Positions 17,516-24,272 of a stretch of 36,893 bases of DNA are shown in pieces (the first letter of the stretch is position 1; every line of letters begins with the position of its first letter). The stretch lies in the IMG/VR virus record IMGVR_UViG_3300032216_000505, positions 1 through 36,893 of that record; one strand, given 5' to 3'. The translations under genes and the position numbers were made by a program. This stretch comes from a virus (Duplodnaviria > Caudoviricetes). The notes below the pieces were generated by a model. That model saw only the letters and a program-made list of their open reading frames with translations. It ran no database searches and was not told the origin of the DNA.

Positions 17516-17559
17516 TTCAAAATCCCCCTTTTACTAATAAGTAACTACTAAGAAGTAAC

Positions 17560-17808
17560 ATGATACCTTTTGGTGGACGCACTCCGCCCTAGAAGTGCGC
17601 CTTTAACTATGATACCTTTCGGAGCCACAGCACTCGCCAGTCGTTCGTAGAATCGGCACTAGCTTCGCCACCGATTTTGCGTTGTTACATCTACTTCCCC
17701 AGTAACGCTTGTATTTATATCGCTGGTGTTTCTCTGCCGTCCAATATAAACCGCATGGAGAACAAGAGACACACGAATTGAATCGTGTTTTACTCTCATT
17801 TTCCTAGC
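17560..17808 (-). ncRNA. Candidate ~250-nt structured RNA or leader upstream of the replication genes
   Basis: Five or more helices whose G-U pairs work only on the - strand, a CC-GAAA-GG tetraloop, its own promoter, and no convincing ORF. Confidence 0.6.
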
Positions 17809-17814
17809 AAATTC

Positions 17815-17843
17815 AGAATACACTAACTGAAAAATTTTTGCAA
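17815..17843 (-). promoter_or_regulatory. Sigma70-type promoter
   Basis: TTGCAA-17 bp-TATTCT. Confidence 0.65.
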
Positions 17844-17847
17844 GTAT

Positions 17848-17885
17848 AAAAAGAAAGAACCCCAGGTTTTTAGTCTGGGGTTCTT
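17848..17885 (-). terminator. Intrinsic terminator
   Basis: Perfect 11-bp stem AAGAACCCCAG/CTGGGGTTCTT followed by TCTTTTT on the - strand. Confidence 0.85.
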
Positions 17886-17969
17886 GGATCAAGGGGGTCG
17901 ATCCGTGGGCTTGCGTTGCACAAGTCTCTGCTAGGAGAATGAAAGTGCGTGTCAGGGGGGAACTGACAT
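17848..17969 (-). ncRNA. Candidate ~120-nt anti-Shine-Dalgarno sRNA
   Basis: Bounded by promoter and terminator; hairpin loops UUCCCCC and CCCCC; an unpaired CUCCUAGCAG complementary to the CUGCUAGGAG leaders. Confidence 0.75.
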
Positions 17970-17973
17970 ACTA

Positions 17974-18003
17974 AATATAGCACATGAATTCAAACTATGT
18001 CAA
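17974..18003 (-). promoter_or_regulatory. Strong sigma70-type promoter for the sRNA
   Basis: TTGACA-18 bp-TATATT with an extended TG. Confidence 0.8.
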
Positions 18004-18055
18004 TAGGTAGTGTTGTTTTAATACTCTATAGAGCTTTATGGGTGTCTATAGATGT

Positions 18056-18343
18056 CTATTTGATATCTAGACGTCCTGTTTCAAAAAGCCAGCCAATAGT
18101 TTTGCGGTGTGCTTCTTCCCATTTTTCAACACGTTCAGTTTTGGAAAGGTTTTTACCTTGGTCGATTTCCAAATGGCACGTATAGCATAGGGCTGCGACT
18201 CGGTAATCACTTGCTTTAAGCCCTCTACCTTTACCGTCCCGAAGCTGATTGGAATGTGCAGCCACAATTGTCCCGTCAGATCGACCACACTCTTGGCATG
18301 GGGATTCTCGTAATGCATCTAATAATTTCCTATTTCTATACAT
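18056..18343 (-). CDS. Zn-binding HNH-like nuclease (YbcO/DUF1364-like)
   Basis: PCQECG...VAAH...GKG-GLK--D...LCYTCH--ID. Confidence 0.75.
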   Translation of the reverse strand: MYRNRKLLDALRESPCQECGRSDGTIVAAHSNQLRDGKGRGLKASDYRVAALCYTCHLEIDQGKNLSKTERVEKWEEAHRKTIGWLFETGRLDIK

Positions 18344-18429
18344 TTTTTATGATAATATTCAGTAGTTTACACAAAAGTGAAACATTACTTACCTACTATT
18401 GCCGTACTTATCACAATCCTGGGGGGATT

Positions 18430-19404
18430 ATGCAACATACTAAGCAACAAGACGAAGAGTTTATCAGAGTTTGGAAAGAGTTAGGAAGTCCAACATTAGT
18501 CGCAAAGCATTTTGGCATGAATCCTCGTAGTGTTTTAAATAAACGGGCTGCCATACAAATTAAACATAACATAGAACTTCCCACGCATAATTCTCAAAGA
18601 GATCCCAAGAAAGAAAAGCCTAAAAAGGTTGAAATGGCTGCCCACAATGTCCGTAGAGGCATTGATATAGATAAAGTAAAGCGGGTTATAGTCTTTTCAG
18701 ATGCCCATTTTACTGACACACCCACCACAGCTTTTAAAGCACTCCTTAAATTCATTAAAAAATATAAGCCAGAAGTTATTATTTGTAACGGAGATGCTTT
18801 TGATGGACAGGTTTTGAGTCGTTTTCCATCCATTAATTATGACCAAAAGCCCACAGTTCTTGAAGAATTGAACGCTTGCCGTTGGCATTTGGATGAAATT
18901 GAAAAAATTAGGCCAGCAGGATGCCGTCTGATTTGGACGCTTGGAAATCATGATATGCGATACGAGTCCTGGCTGGTCAATAAAGTGCCAGAATACAGCG
19001 GTGTGGACGGCTTTAGCCTAAAGTACCACTTTCCTAACTGGGAGACCTGTTGGAGCTTCTGGATAGGTGAGGAGACCGTTGTAAAGCACCGGTTTAAAGG
19101 TGGCCGCACGGCGGGTTACAGCAATTTGCAGGCGGCGGGGAATACGAACATCATTACGGGGCATACCCATGTTCTCTGTACTAGCCCAATTAGTAATTAC
19201 CAAGGAACCTTTTGGGGGATCCAGACTGGCTGCTTGGCCGATCCTATGTCACCAACCTTTGAATATTGTGAGGATGGCCCTAAAGACTGGCGCTCTGGCT
19301 TTGTAATGCTATCTTTTGCCCAAGGCCGTATGCTTATGCCAGAAATGGTTATGGTTTGTGGAGAAGGCGAGGTAGAATTTAGGGGTGAGATCCTAGACGT
19401 ATGA
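18430..19404 (+). CDS. Calcineurin-like metallophosphoesterase with N-terminal HTH-like region
   Basis: SDAH, NGDAFD, GNHD and GHTH motifs; start moved to ATG 18430 after GGGGGG. Confidence 0.88.
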   Translation: MQHTKQQDEEFIRVWKELGSPTLVAKHFGMNPRSVLNKRAAIQIKHNIELPTHNSQRDPKKEKPKKVEMAAHNVRRGIDIDKVKRVIVFSDAHFTDTPTTAFKALLKFIKKYKPEVIICNGDAFDGQVLSRFPSINYDQKPTVLEELNACRWHLDEIEKIRPAGCRLIWTLGNHDMRYESWLVNKVPEYSGVDGFSLKYHFPNWETCWSFWIGEETVVKHRFKGGRTAGYSNLQAAGNTNIITGHTHVLCTSPISNYQGTFWGIQTGCLADPMSPTFEYCEDGPKDWRSGFVMLSFAQGRMLMPEMVMVCGEGEVEFRGEILDV

Positions 19405-19748
19405 AATTATCCCCTTCCATTCTGCGCAATTTATATAGCGCAATCTACTGTATGAAGCCGTTTGTGCGGTGGCCTATGCCGTTGCCAGAGCAGATTAAAT
19501 TCATAGTGGATTCTGACCCAGAGACAATGGGCACTTATTTGTATGATGACGGGGAGGATTATGAACATATTATTACTATTTCAGATAAAAAATGTGGGCA
19601 TTTGGCGACTGTGATTCGTGTCCTAATTCATGAATGCGTTCATATGAGCCGCTGGAAGACTCCTAAATGGTCTCACCACGATGCTGAATTTCGCAGGCGC
19701 ACTAAAGTCATTTCAGAAGAACTGGGATTTGACCCTCTCGAACTATAG
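19401..19748 (+). CDS. SprT-like zinc metallopeptidase
   Basis: LIHECVH (HExxH) then H---F; ATGA overlap with the phosphoesterase gene. Confidence 0.7.
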   Translation: MKLSPSILRNLYSAIYCMKPFVRWPMPLPEQIKFIVDSDPETMGTYLYDDGEDYEHIITISDKKCGHLATVIRVLIHECVHMSRWKTPKWSHHDAEFRRRTKVISEELGFDPLEL

Positions 19749-19838
19749 TGGCACAGAGAAATACAACATAAGTGTTGTGTTTGTTAAGTAGAATAGAGTA
19801 AACATAACTCTAGATTACCTAATTAAATATGTAACTCA

Positions 19839-19854
19839 CTGTACATATTCACAG
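19839..19854. promoter_or_regulatory. LexA (SOS) box
   Basis: CTGT-ACATATTC-ACAG, a perfect CTGT-N8-ACAG with AT-rich spacer. Confidence 0.55.
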
Positions 19855-19930
19855 TTGCGGTGCAGCAATCCCCAATTTAATACTTAAAAGTACCAATTTG
19901 GTATGCATATTGCTAACTATAGGTATAAAT

Positions 19931-19984
19931 TGAGCCGTATTTGCATAGAATACGGCTCATAAAAGGTTGCAAAAAGCAACCTTT
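19931..19984. terminator. Tandem hairpins at a convergent gene junction (probable terminators)
   Basis: TGAGCCGTATT/AATACGGCTCA and AAAGGTTGC/GCAACCTTT. Confidence 0.55.
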
Positions 19985-20005
19985 AGGCACTAATTAAAAC
20001 TTTAA

Positions 20006-20128
20006 TTACTTCTTGGTAAAGAATTCTTTAACACTAGAGTAAACGCAGTTGTACCAAAATTCATACGCTTGCTTTGTACGCTCGGTTAAATCTTCATATT
20101 TTTTAAACTGCTCTTCAAATGTAAACAT
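20006..20128 (-). CDS. 40-aa helical protein, possibly phasin-like (not in ORF track)
   Basis: MFTFEEQFKKYEDLTERTKQAYEFWYNCVYSSVKEFFTKK; AAGGAG SD; extended -10 TGtTACAAT followed by a TGC-rich box. Confidence 0.65.
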   Translation of the reverse strand: MFTFEEQFKKYEDLTERTKQAYEFWYNCVYSSVKEFFTKK

Positions 20129-20147
20129 AGGGATTCTCCTTATTTAT

Positions 20148-20163
20148 GTTGCGATGCAGCAAT
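20148..20163. promoter_or_regulatory. PhaR-like TGC-rich operator (second copy at 19854..19869)
   Basis: GTTGCG(A/G)TGCAGCAAT, 15/16 identical between the copies; this copy lies between the -10 and the SD. Confidence 0.45.
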
Positions 20164-20175
20164 TGTAACATATAT

Positions 20176-20322
20176 TTATTTGGTAGCAAGCAAGTAAGCC
20201 CCATAATTTGCAAAAGAATATCCAGCGTACATACAAGCAAGGCCTACTTCTCCTTTAAGCGCCTGTTCAACCGTAATCCAGGCATAAATTAAACCAGTAA
20301 TAATGATTAGATTAGCGCTCAT
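20176..20322 (-). CDS. 48-aa two-helix membrane protein (not in ORF track)
   Basis: MSANLIIITGLIYAWITVEQALKGEVGLACMYAGYSFANYGAYLLATK; GGAG SD. Confidence 0.7.
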   Translation of the reverse strand: MSANLIIITGLIYAWITVEQALKGEVGLACMYAGYSFANYGAYLLATK

Positions 20323-20338
20323 CTATATCTCCAAGCAT

Positions 20339-20530
20339 TTAGCATCTTCCGTCCATGTCAAGTTCATCGTCTTCTAAAAGTTTTTTATAAGCCTGTAAAT
20401 AAGTATCTCTTTCGTGTTCAACTTGCATAAGTTTATGACGCAGCCTATCAATCTCAGCCTGTTGTACATGAATCTGCTCACGAAGATAATTTTCTTCTTC
20501 TTCTCTATCAATAGTTGTAAATGTAGTCAT
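20339..20530 (-). CDS. Coiled-coil hypothetical protein
   Basis: 63 aa; MTTFTT-DR start; ATGA overlap. Confidence 0.65.
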   Translation of the reverse strand: MTTFTTIDREEEENYLREQIHVQQAEIDRLRHKLMQVEHERDTYLQAYKKLLEDDELDMDGRC

Positions 20531-20775
20531 TTCTCTTGAGCCTTTAACTGTTTATTAAACTTTTCAACTTCTTTCCACCAAGCATCTGAATACTTTGCTG
20601 GCTTTACTTCTTGTATTTCCATAGCTTTCTCAAACTTTTCTTTCCAATACTCAATCTCTTCTTGCTGTTTGCGTAGCATAGTGGCTGCTTCAGGCATAGC
20701 TAAATGGGCTACCCCATCTGCTTTATCTTGTTCGTGCAACTCATCTAATACATCAGCTAGTTCATTTGCGTTCAT
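20527..20775 (-). CDS. MNANELAD-family protein, paralog A
   Basis: Shares its N-terminus and ATMLRKQQEEIEYWKEKF with 21576..21776. Confidence 0.75.
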   Translation of the reverse strand: MNANELADVLDELHEQDKADGVAHLAMPEAATMLRKQQEEIEYWKEKFEKAMEIQEVKPAKYSDAWWKEVEKFNKQLKAQEK

Positions 20776-21233
20776 TTCTCTTGTGCCTTTCTTAGTATTG
20801 CTAAAACAATTTCATGGGCTTCTGCACCAGTTCGGCAGTTATAAATTTTTACAGTAAAATCTTTTATTTCCTCATCTGTTAGTGTCAATTCAGGCTTTTC
20901 TTGCCATATAGGTTTGAAATTAACCAATGGGTCATCTGTTAGTGTCTTTGCTGGATGGGTGTAGAGTGGTGTTGGATTTGGATAAATGTCAGGATTAGGC
21001 TTCTCAAAAGAAACATAAGTGCTAATGTCAAAAGCACCTTCAAACATCCACGCTACTGGTTCATTGTTCATTTCTTTTGTATCCTCAGTTCTTTCTGTGT
21101 TATCAGTTATAAACTTTTCAAACGCCTCTATTTTGGCTTGTTGCTGGCGTAGCATGGTGGCTATTTCTTCCCTAGATACTAGCTTGTACCAACTATCCAC
21201 TTCTAATAAATCAGCTAGTTCATTTGCGTTCAT
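20772..21233 (-). CDS. MNANELAD-family protein, paralog B, with EPVAW...PLYTHP...LTDEEI module
   Basis: Shared N-terminus; internal duplicated TLTD segment. Confidence 0.75.
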   Translation of the reverse strand: MNANELADLLEVDSWYKLVSREEIATMLRQQQAKIEAFEKFITDNTERTEDTKEMNNEPVAWMFEGAFDISTYVSFEKPNPDIYPNPTPLYTHPAKTLTDDPLVNFKPIWQEKPELTLTDEEIKDFTVKIYNCRTGAEAHEIVLAILRKAQEK

Positions 21234-21475
21234 TTCTCTTCTACCTTTGCTCTCAGTACTTTGTTCTGCCTAAGCAAGTCCTCGATTATTTTTAAGTGCT
21301 CGGTATGTCGATCTTCCATCACTTTGACTACTCGCTCGAAATCATACTGCCAAGTCCCCATTTGGTTTAGTAATTTTTTAGAGTGATACCAAACATAGTC
21401 GGCAGTAATGCCTTCGACAATATGTTCTTCTCTAATCTCAAATTGTTTCAACAGCTCATCATTATTCTCAATCAT
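21230..21475 (-). CDS. Hypothetical protein
   Basis: 81 aa; GAGG SD; ATGA overlaps at both ends. Confidence 0.7.
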   Translation of the reverse strand: MIENNDELLKQFEIREEHIVEGITADYVWYHSKKLLNQMGTWQYDFERVVKVMEDRHTEHLKIIEDLLRQNKVLRAKVEEK

Positions 21476-21579
21476 CTAAACACCTCATATAAAAGTACGC
21501 CCAAAATAACAGCGGCAATTACAGCCCCAGCAATTGAAGCAACCATTGCTATTTTTGTAAAAAATAATAGTTCAATCAT
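21472..21579 (-). CDS. 35-aa membrane peptide (not in ORF track)
   Basis: MIELLFFTKIAMVASIAGAVIAAVILGVLLYEVFR; SD GGGGGAAG; ATGA overlaps. Confidence 0.65.
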   Translation of the reverse strand: MIELLFFTKIAMVASIAGAVIAAVILGVLLYEVFR

Positions 21580-21776
21580 TTTGTACTTCCCCCATAAACT
21601 TGTGATTCCAAATATTTAACATGTTCAGTTAAAACCATAGCCTTATTAAACTTTTCTTTCCAATACTCAATTTCTTCTTGCTGTTTGCGTAGCATGGTGG
21701 CTATTTCTACGGAGTGTTCATAAACCCTTCCGCTATCAAACAAAACCATTAAATCGGCTAGTTCATTTGCGTTCAT
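21576..21776 (-). CDS. MNANELAD-family protein, paralog C
   Basis: Shares DNA-level repeats with paralogs A and B. Confidence 0.75.
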   Translation of the reverse strand: MNANELADLMVLFDSGRVYEHSVEIATMLRKQQEEIEYWKEKFNKAMVLTEHVKYLESQVYGGSTK

Positions 21777-22051
21777 TTTGATGTTTTCCTGATGTCATCT
21801 TTGACATGCTTTTTCTTTTTTGCGATGGGTTTTTTAATTGCTGGTTTTCTTGCTTTAACATCCCCAGCAATAGTTCTATTAGCAATTTGTTCGGAAGTGG
21901 CATATTCATCAATGGCTTCTTTAAGCATACTGACAAGGCCCCATTGAACGAGTGTTTCAAGTCCTTCTTTATCAAATCTGACGACAGCATCAGCCGAACC
22001 ATCTTTATTCTCCTTGGTAATTTTTAATGAAATTTGCATATCATTCTCCAA
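21773..22051 (-). CDS. Hypothetical protein with basic C-terminal tail
   Basis: KENKDGSA motif; likely start at MQISL after GGAG. Confidence 0.65.
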   Translation of the reverse strand: MENDMQISLKITKENKDGSADAVVRFDKEGLETLVQWGLVSMLKEAIDEYATSEQIANRTIAGDVKARKPAIKKPIAKKKKHVKDDIRKTSK

Positions 22052-22253
22052 AATGTAATATTGGCTTATCTAAAGCTTCTAGTGACCACATCAGGTATTG
22101 CCTAATTTCATCTTTATCCTGACCTCCCATAGTGGATATGCAGTGACCCAAAGGTTTGCCAATTTGGTCGTAATACACTTCCCGAATTTCTATATAAACT
22201 TCATCAGGGTATTCTGGGTCTGTCATTTCAACTAATCTAAGATTCCAAGTCAT
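22041..22253 (-). CDS. Phage hypothetical protein
   Basis: MTWNLR...IREVYYD--G-P...ALDKPIL; AAGGA SD. Confidence 0.75.
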   Translation of the reverse strand: MTWNLRLVEMTDPEYPDEVYIEIREVYYDQIGKPLGHCISTMGGQDKDEIRQYLMWSLEALDKPILHFGE

Positions 22254-22459
22254 TGCAGTTTCCTTATTGTCATTAAGTCAAGTTCTAATTGTTTAACACG
22301 GCTTTCTAAACGAATCTTTGCATCATAAAACTCTTTACATTTGTTGTCCATGTACTGCAACTCTTTGCCTACTTCTTCAATTAATAAGCCAAGCCTAACA
22401 CCCATTTCCTCGTCTTTGGTATAAACTTCCTCTGCTATTTCAATTAGCTCTTGTATCAT
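22250..22459 (-). CDS. Coiled-coil hypothetical protein
   Basis: 69 aa; operon-coupled. Confidence 0.65.
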   Translation of the reverse strand: MIQELIEIAEEVYTKDEEMGVRLGLLIEEVGKELQYMDNKCKEFYDAKIRLESRVKQLELDLMTIRKLQ

Positions 22460-22637
22460 TTTTTGGTCTTCCCCTGCGCTTGATTGGTGGCAAACCTACT
22501 ACTGGTCCTGAGTCCCTAGCCTCAAGTATTGCATCTGCCATTTCCCATACTTCTTTCATGTCAAATGCGCTAGCTCTGCTTATTAATCCGTTGACTATAA
22601 ACATAGCAAAACAATCTCTTAGATCTTGGTCATTCAT
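22440..22637 (-). CDS. Phage hypothetical protein with AT-hook-like tail
   Basis: LRDCFA...MADAILEAR motif followed by KRRGRPK. Confidence 0.7.
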   Translation of the reverse strand: MNDQDLRDCFAMFIVNGLISRASAFDMKEVWEMADAILEARDSGPVVGLPPIKRRGRPKNDTRAN

Positions 22638-22912
22638 TTTTTTAACCCCTCGATGCGCTCAGACAATAGTTCGCCAACATCACGGCCTTTGACTGATACA
22701 TAAGTAGCTTCTTCGCAATCAAATACAATCTTGGCTGCATCCCGAAGACCTTGGTTATACCCGCTAGTATATTCATCACCACCATCTAACATCATAGCAA
22801 TTGCATCACGAATAACTTCAGATGCTTTTCTTTGTCTGGCATATTCCCTTAACCTGTCGTGATACTCTTGTGGCAAATAAAGAGAGTATGGCACTAATTT
22901 TCTTGCAACCAT
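22634..22912 (-). CDS. Possible ribbon-helix-helix DNA-binding protein
   Basis: YSLYLP-E-HDRL---A----SEVIRDAI pattern. Confidence 0.55.
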   Translation of the reverse strand: MVARKLVPYSLYLPQEYHDRLREYARQRKASEVIRDAIAMMLDGGDEYTSGYNQGLRDAAKIVFDCEEATYVSVKGRDVGELLSERIEGLKK

Positions 22913-23316
22913 TTTTGGTATTCCATTTGTAATTTTGATAATAAAATTTGGCCTTCACGATTAGTTTTGAGATCTGCCCTGGACTCTACGCCAAGATAAC
23001 TTCTTACCCATTCTGTGGCATCTTCCGCATCTTCATCAAAGATTTGCTCTTGTGAATATAAGTACTTCCAGAACTTGGGATCTTTACAAAGCATTCCAGC
23101 AGTACGAATAGCCTTGTTTCCTTCAAACTCATCTTGGCGATCCATTGGTTGTTCTTCACCGTTAATTCTAACCATGACAACTTGGTAACGAGCCCCAACA
23201 AAATCTCGAAGTAAGGCCTCAGGAGCATCGTCTGGATGCAGAGATAAGGTCAGGACATAGCCTGTCTTATCCTGCTTTAACGCTACTTTGACGCCCTCAA
23301 ACTGTAGGGTTTCCAA
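22894..23316 (-). CDS. Phage hypothetical protein
   Basis: 140 aa; AGMLC-DP-FW and GVESRADL motifs; GGAG SD. Confidence 0.75.
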   Translation of the reverse strand: METLQFEGVKVALKQDKTGYVLTLSLHPDDAPEALLRDFVGARYQVVMVRINGEEQPMDRQDEFEGNKAIRTAGMLCKDPKFWKYLYSQEQIFDEDAEDATEWVRSYLGVESRADLKTNREGQILLSKLQMEYQKWLQEN

Positions 23317-23319
23317 TGC

Positions 23320-23577
23320 TTACTCCCAAGGATCAGACTTAACTGGCTTTTCAAATGGCTCAGATACTGATAAAGATAGAAACTTCTTACCAGCAGAAGA
23401 TTCTTTTTTCCATGCGGCAACAGAAATCTTGCAAGTAGGGCCTTTAGATTTATCCATCATCTGAATAAGAAATGTCTTGTCTAAATGAAGATCGCCACGC
23501 ATATCGGGATGGTTATCTGCCTTTTTCGTTTCATTAGCGAATAGTGCGCCTGTGTTTGGTTTTGCTTCAAATGCCAT
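23320..23577 (-). CDS. Putative ssDNA-binding protein (DUF736-like)
   Basis: GALF-N--K----PD-RG...AAW------GKKFLSL, C-terminal DPWE; adjacent to ERF. Confidence 0.65.
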   Translation of the reverse strand: MAFEAKPNTGALFANETKKADNHPDMRGDLHLDKTFLIQMMDKSKGPTCKISVAAWKKESSAGKKFLSLSVSEPFEKPVKSDPWE

Positions 23578-23579
23578 GA

Positions 23580-24272
23580 TTACTCCTTGTTAAATTGATT
23601 TTTTACTTCGGTAAATTTCGCCATCATTTCTTTAAAGAAAATAGCGTCTTCTGCTTTGACAGTATCAAATAGAACTTTGTTCTTTTTAAATATTGCCATC
23701 ACATCTTCTTCGTTAACACATAAGTCAAGCAACATATGAGATGAAGTCTTAACTAATGATAACCATTCTTTGGTATCGCCCTCAGGTTTTATTGGAGCGG
23801 TAATCTGCCACTCACCTTTTAGACCAGTAATTTTTGGTTCTATCTTAGGCGCTGGAATATTAGGAATATTTGGCATTGGCTTTACTGGTTCAGACGAGCC
23901 CATAGTTGCATCTAAAGCATCATGCTCAACAATTTCAAAAGCATTAGTCCAAAGATACCTACGCAGATAAGTTTGCACAGCACCAAGATTTTGTACGTCA
24001 TGGCACCCTTTGAGAGCCGCTGAAGACATTGGGGACGTGAAGGTAACAAAGCTATTCTCCTTTTCTGTATCATAAATGGTAAGATAAGCATCCTGTGCAT
24101 TAAAAGATACAACTCCACATAAGCCAACCTTGGCACAAATGTTTTGTATCTGTGGTAAAAAATCGCCCAGTTCAAAATATTCATACCCAGCAAACTTGTT
24201 CTTACCAGACTTATTTAGCTTGGTATTTTGCAACAGAATTCTAGCTTCCTGTAGCTTTTTGTAAACGCTCAT
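23580..24272 (-). CDS. ERF-family single-strand annealing protein
   Basis: KSGKNKFAGYEYFELGDFLP and QNLGAVQTYLRRY...D-LDA. Confidence 0.85.
   Translation of the reverse strand: MSVYKKLQEARILLQNTKLNKSGKNKFAGYEYFELGDFLPQIQNICAKVGLCGVVSFNAQDAYLTIYDTEKENSFVTFTSPMSSAALKGCHDVQNLGAVQTYLRRYLWTNAFEIVEHDALDATMGSSEPVKPMPNIPNIPAPKIEPKITGLKGEWQITAPIKPEGDTKEWLSLVKTSSHMLLDLCVNEEDVMAIFKKNKVLFDTVKAEDAIFFKEMMAKFTEVKNQFNKE

Noticed and set aside
8441-17783. Shared 13-mer ATTCAATTCGTGT (8441 on +, 17783..17771 on -)
   Set aside because: Some 13-nt matches are expected by chance in 37 kb of AT-rich DNA; only the position near two putative starts is suggestive.
17560-17808. tRNA, tmRNA or group I intron identity for the structured RNA
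   Set aside because: No T-loop/acceptor stem pattern or recognisable P7 core, and it does not interrupt a gene.
17659-17892. 77-aa ORF in the track
   Set aside because: Non-ATG start with no SD; runs through a terminator, a promoter and a structured RNA.
17928-17974. CTGCTAGGAG on + as RBS of an 11-codon ORF
   Set aside because: Only 1 nt between SD and ATG; the promoter, terminator U-tract and hairpin 3 G-U pair favour a - strand RNA.
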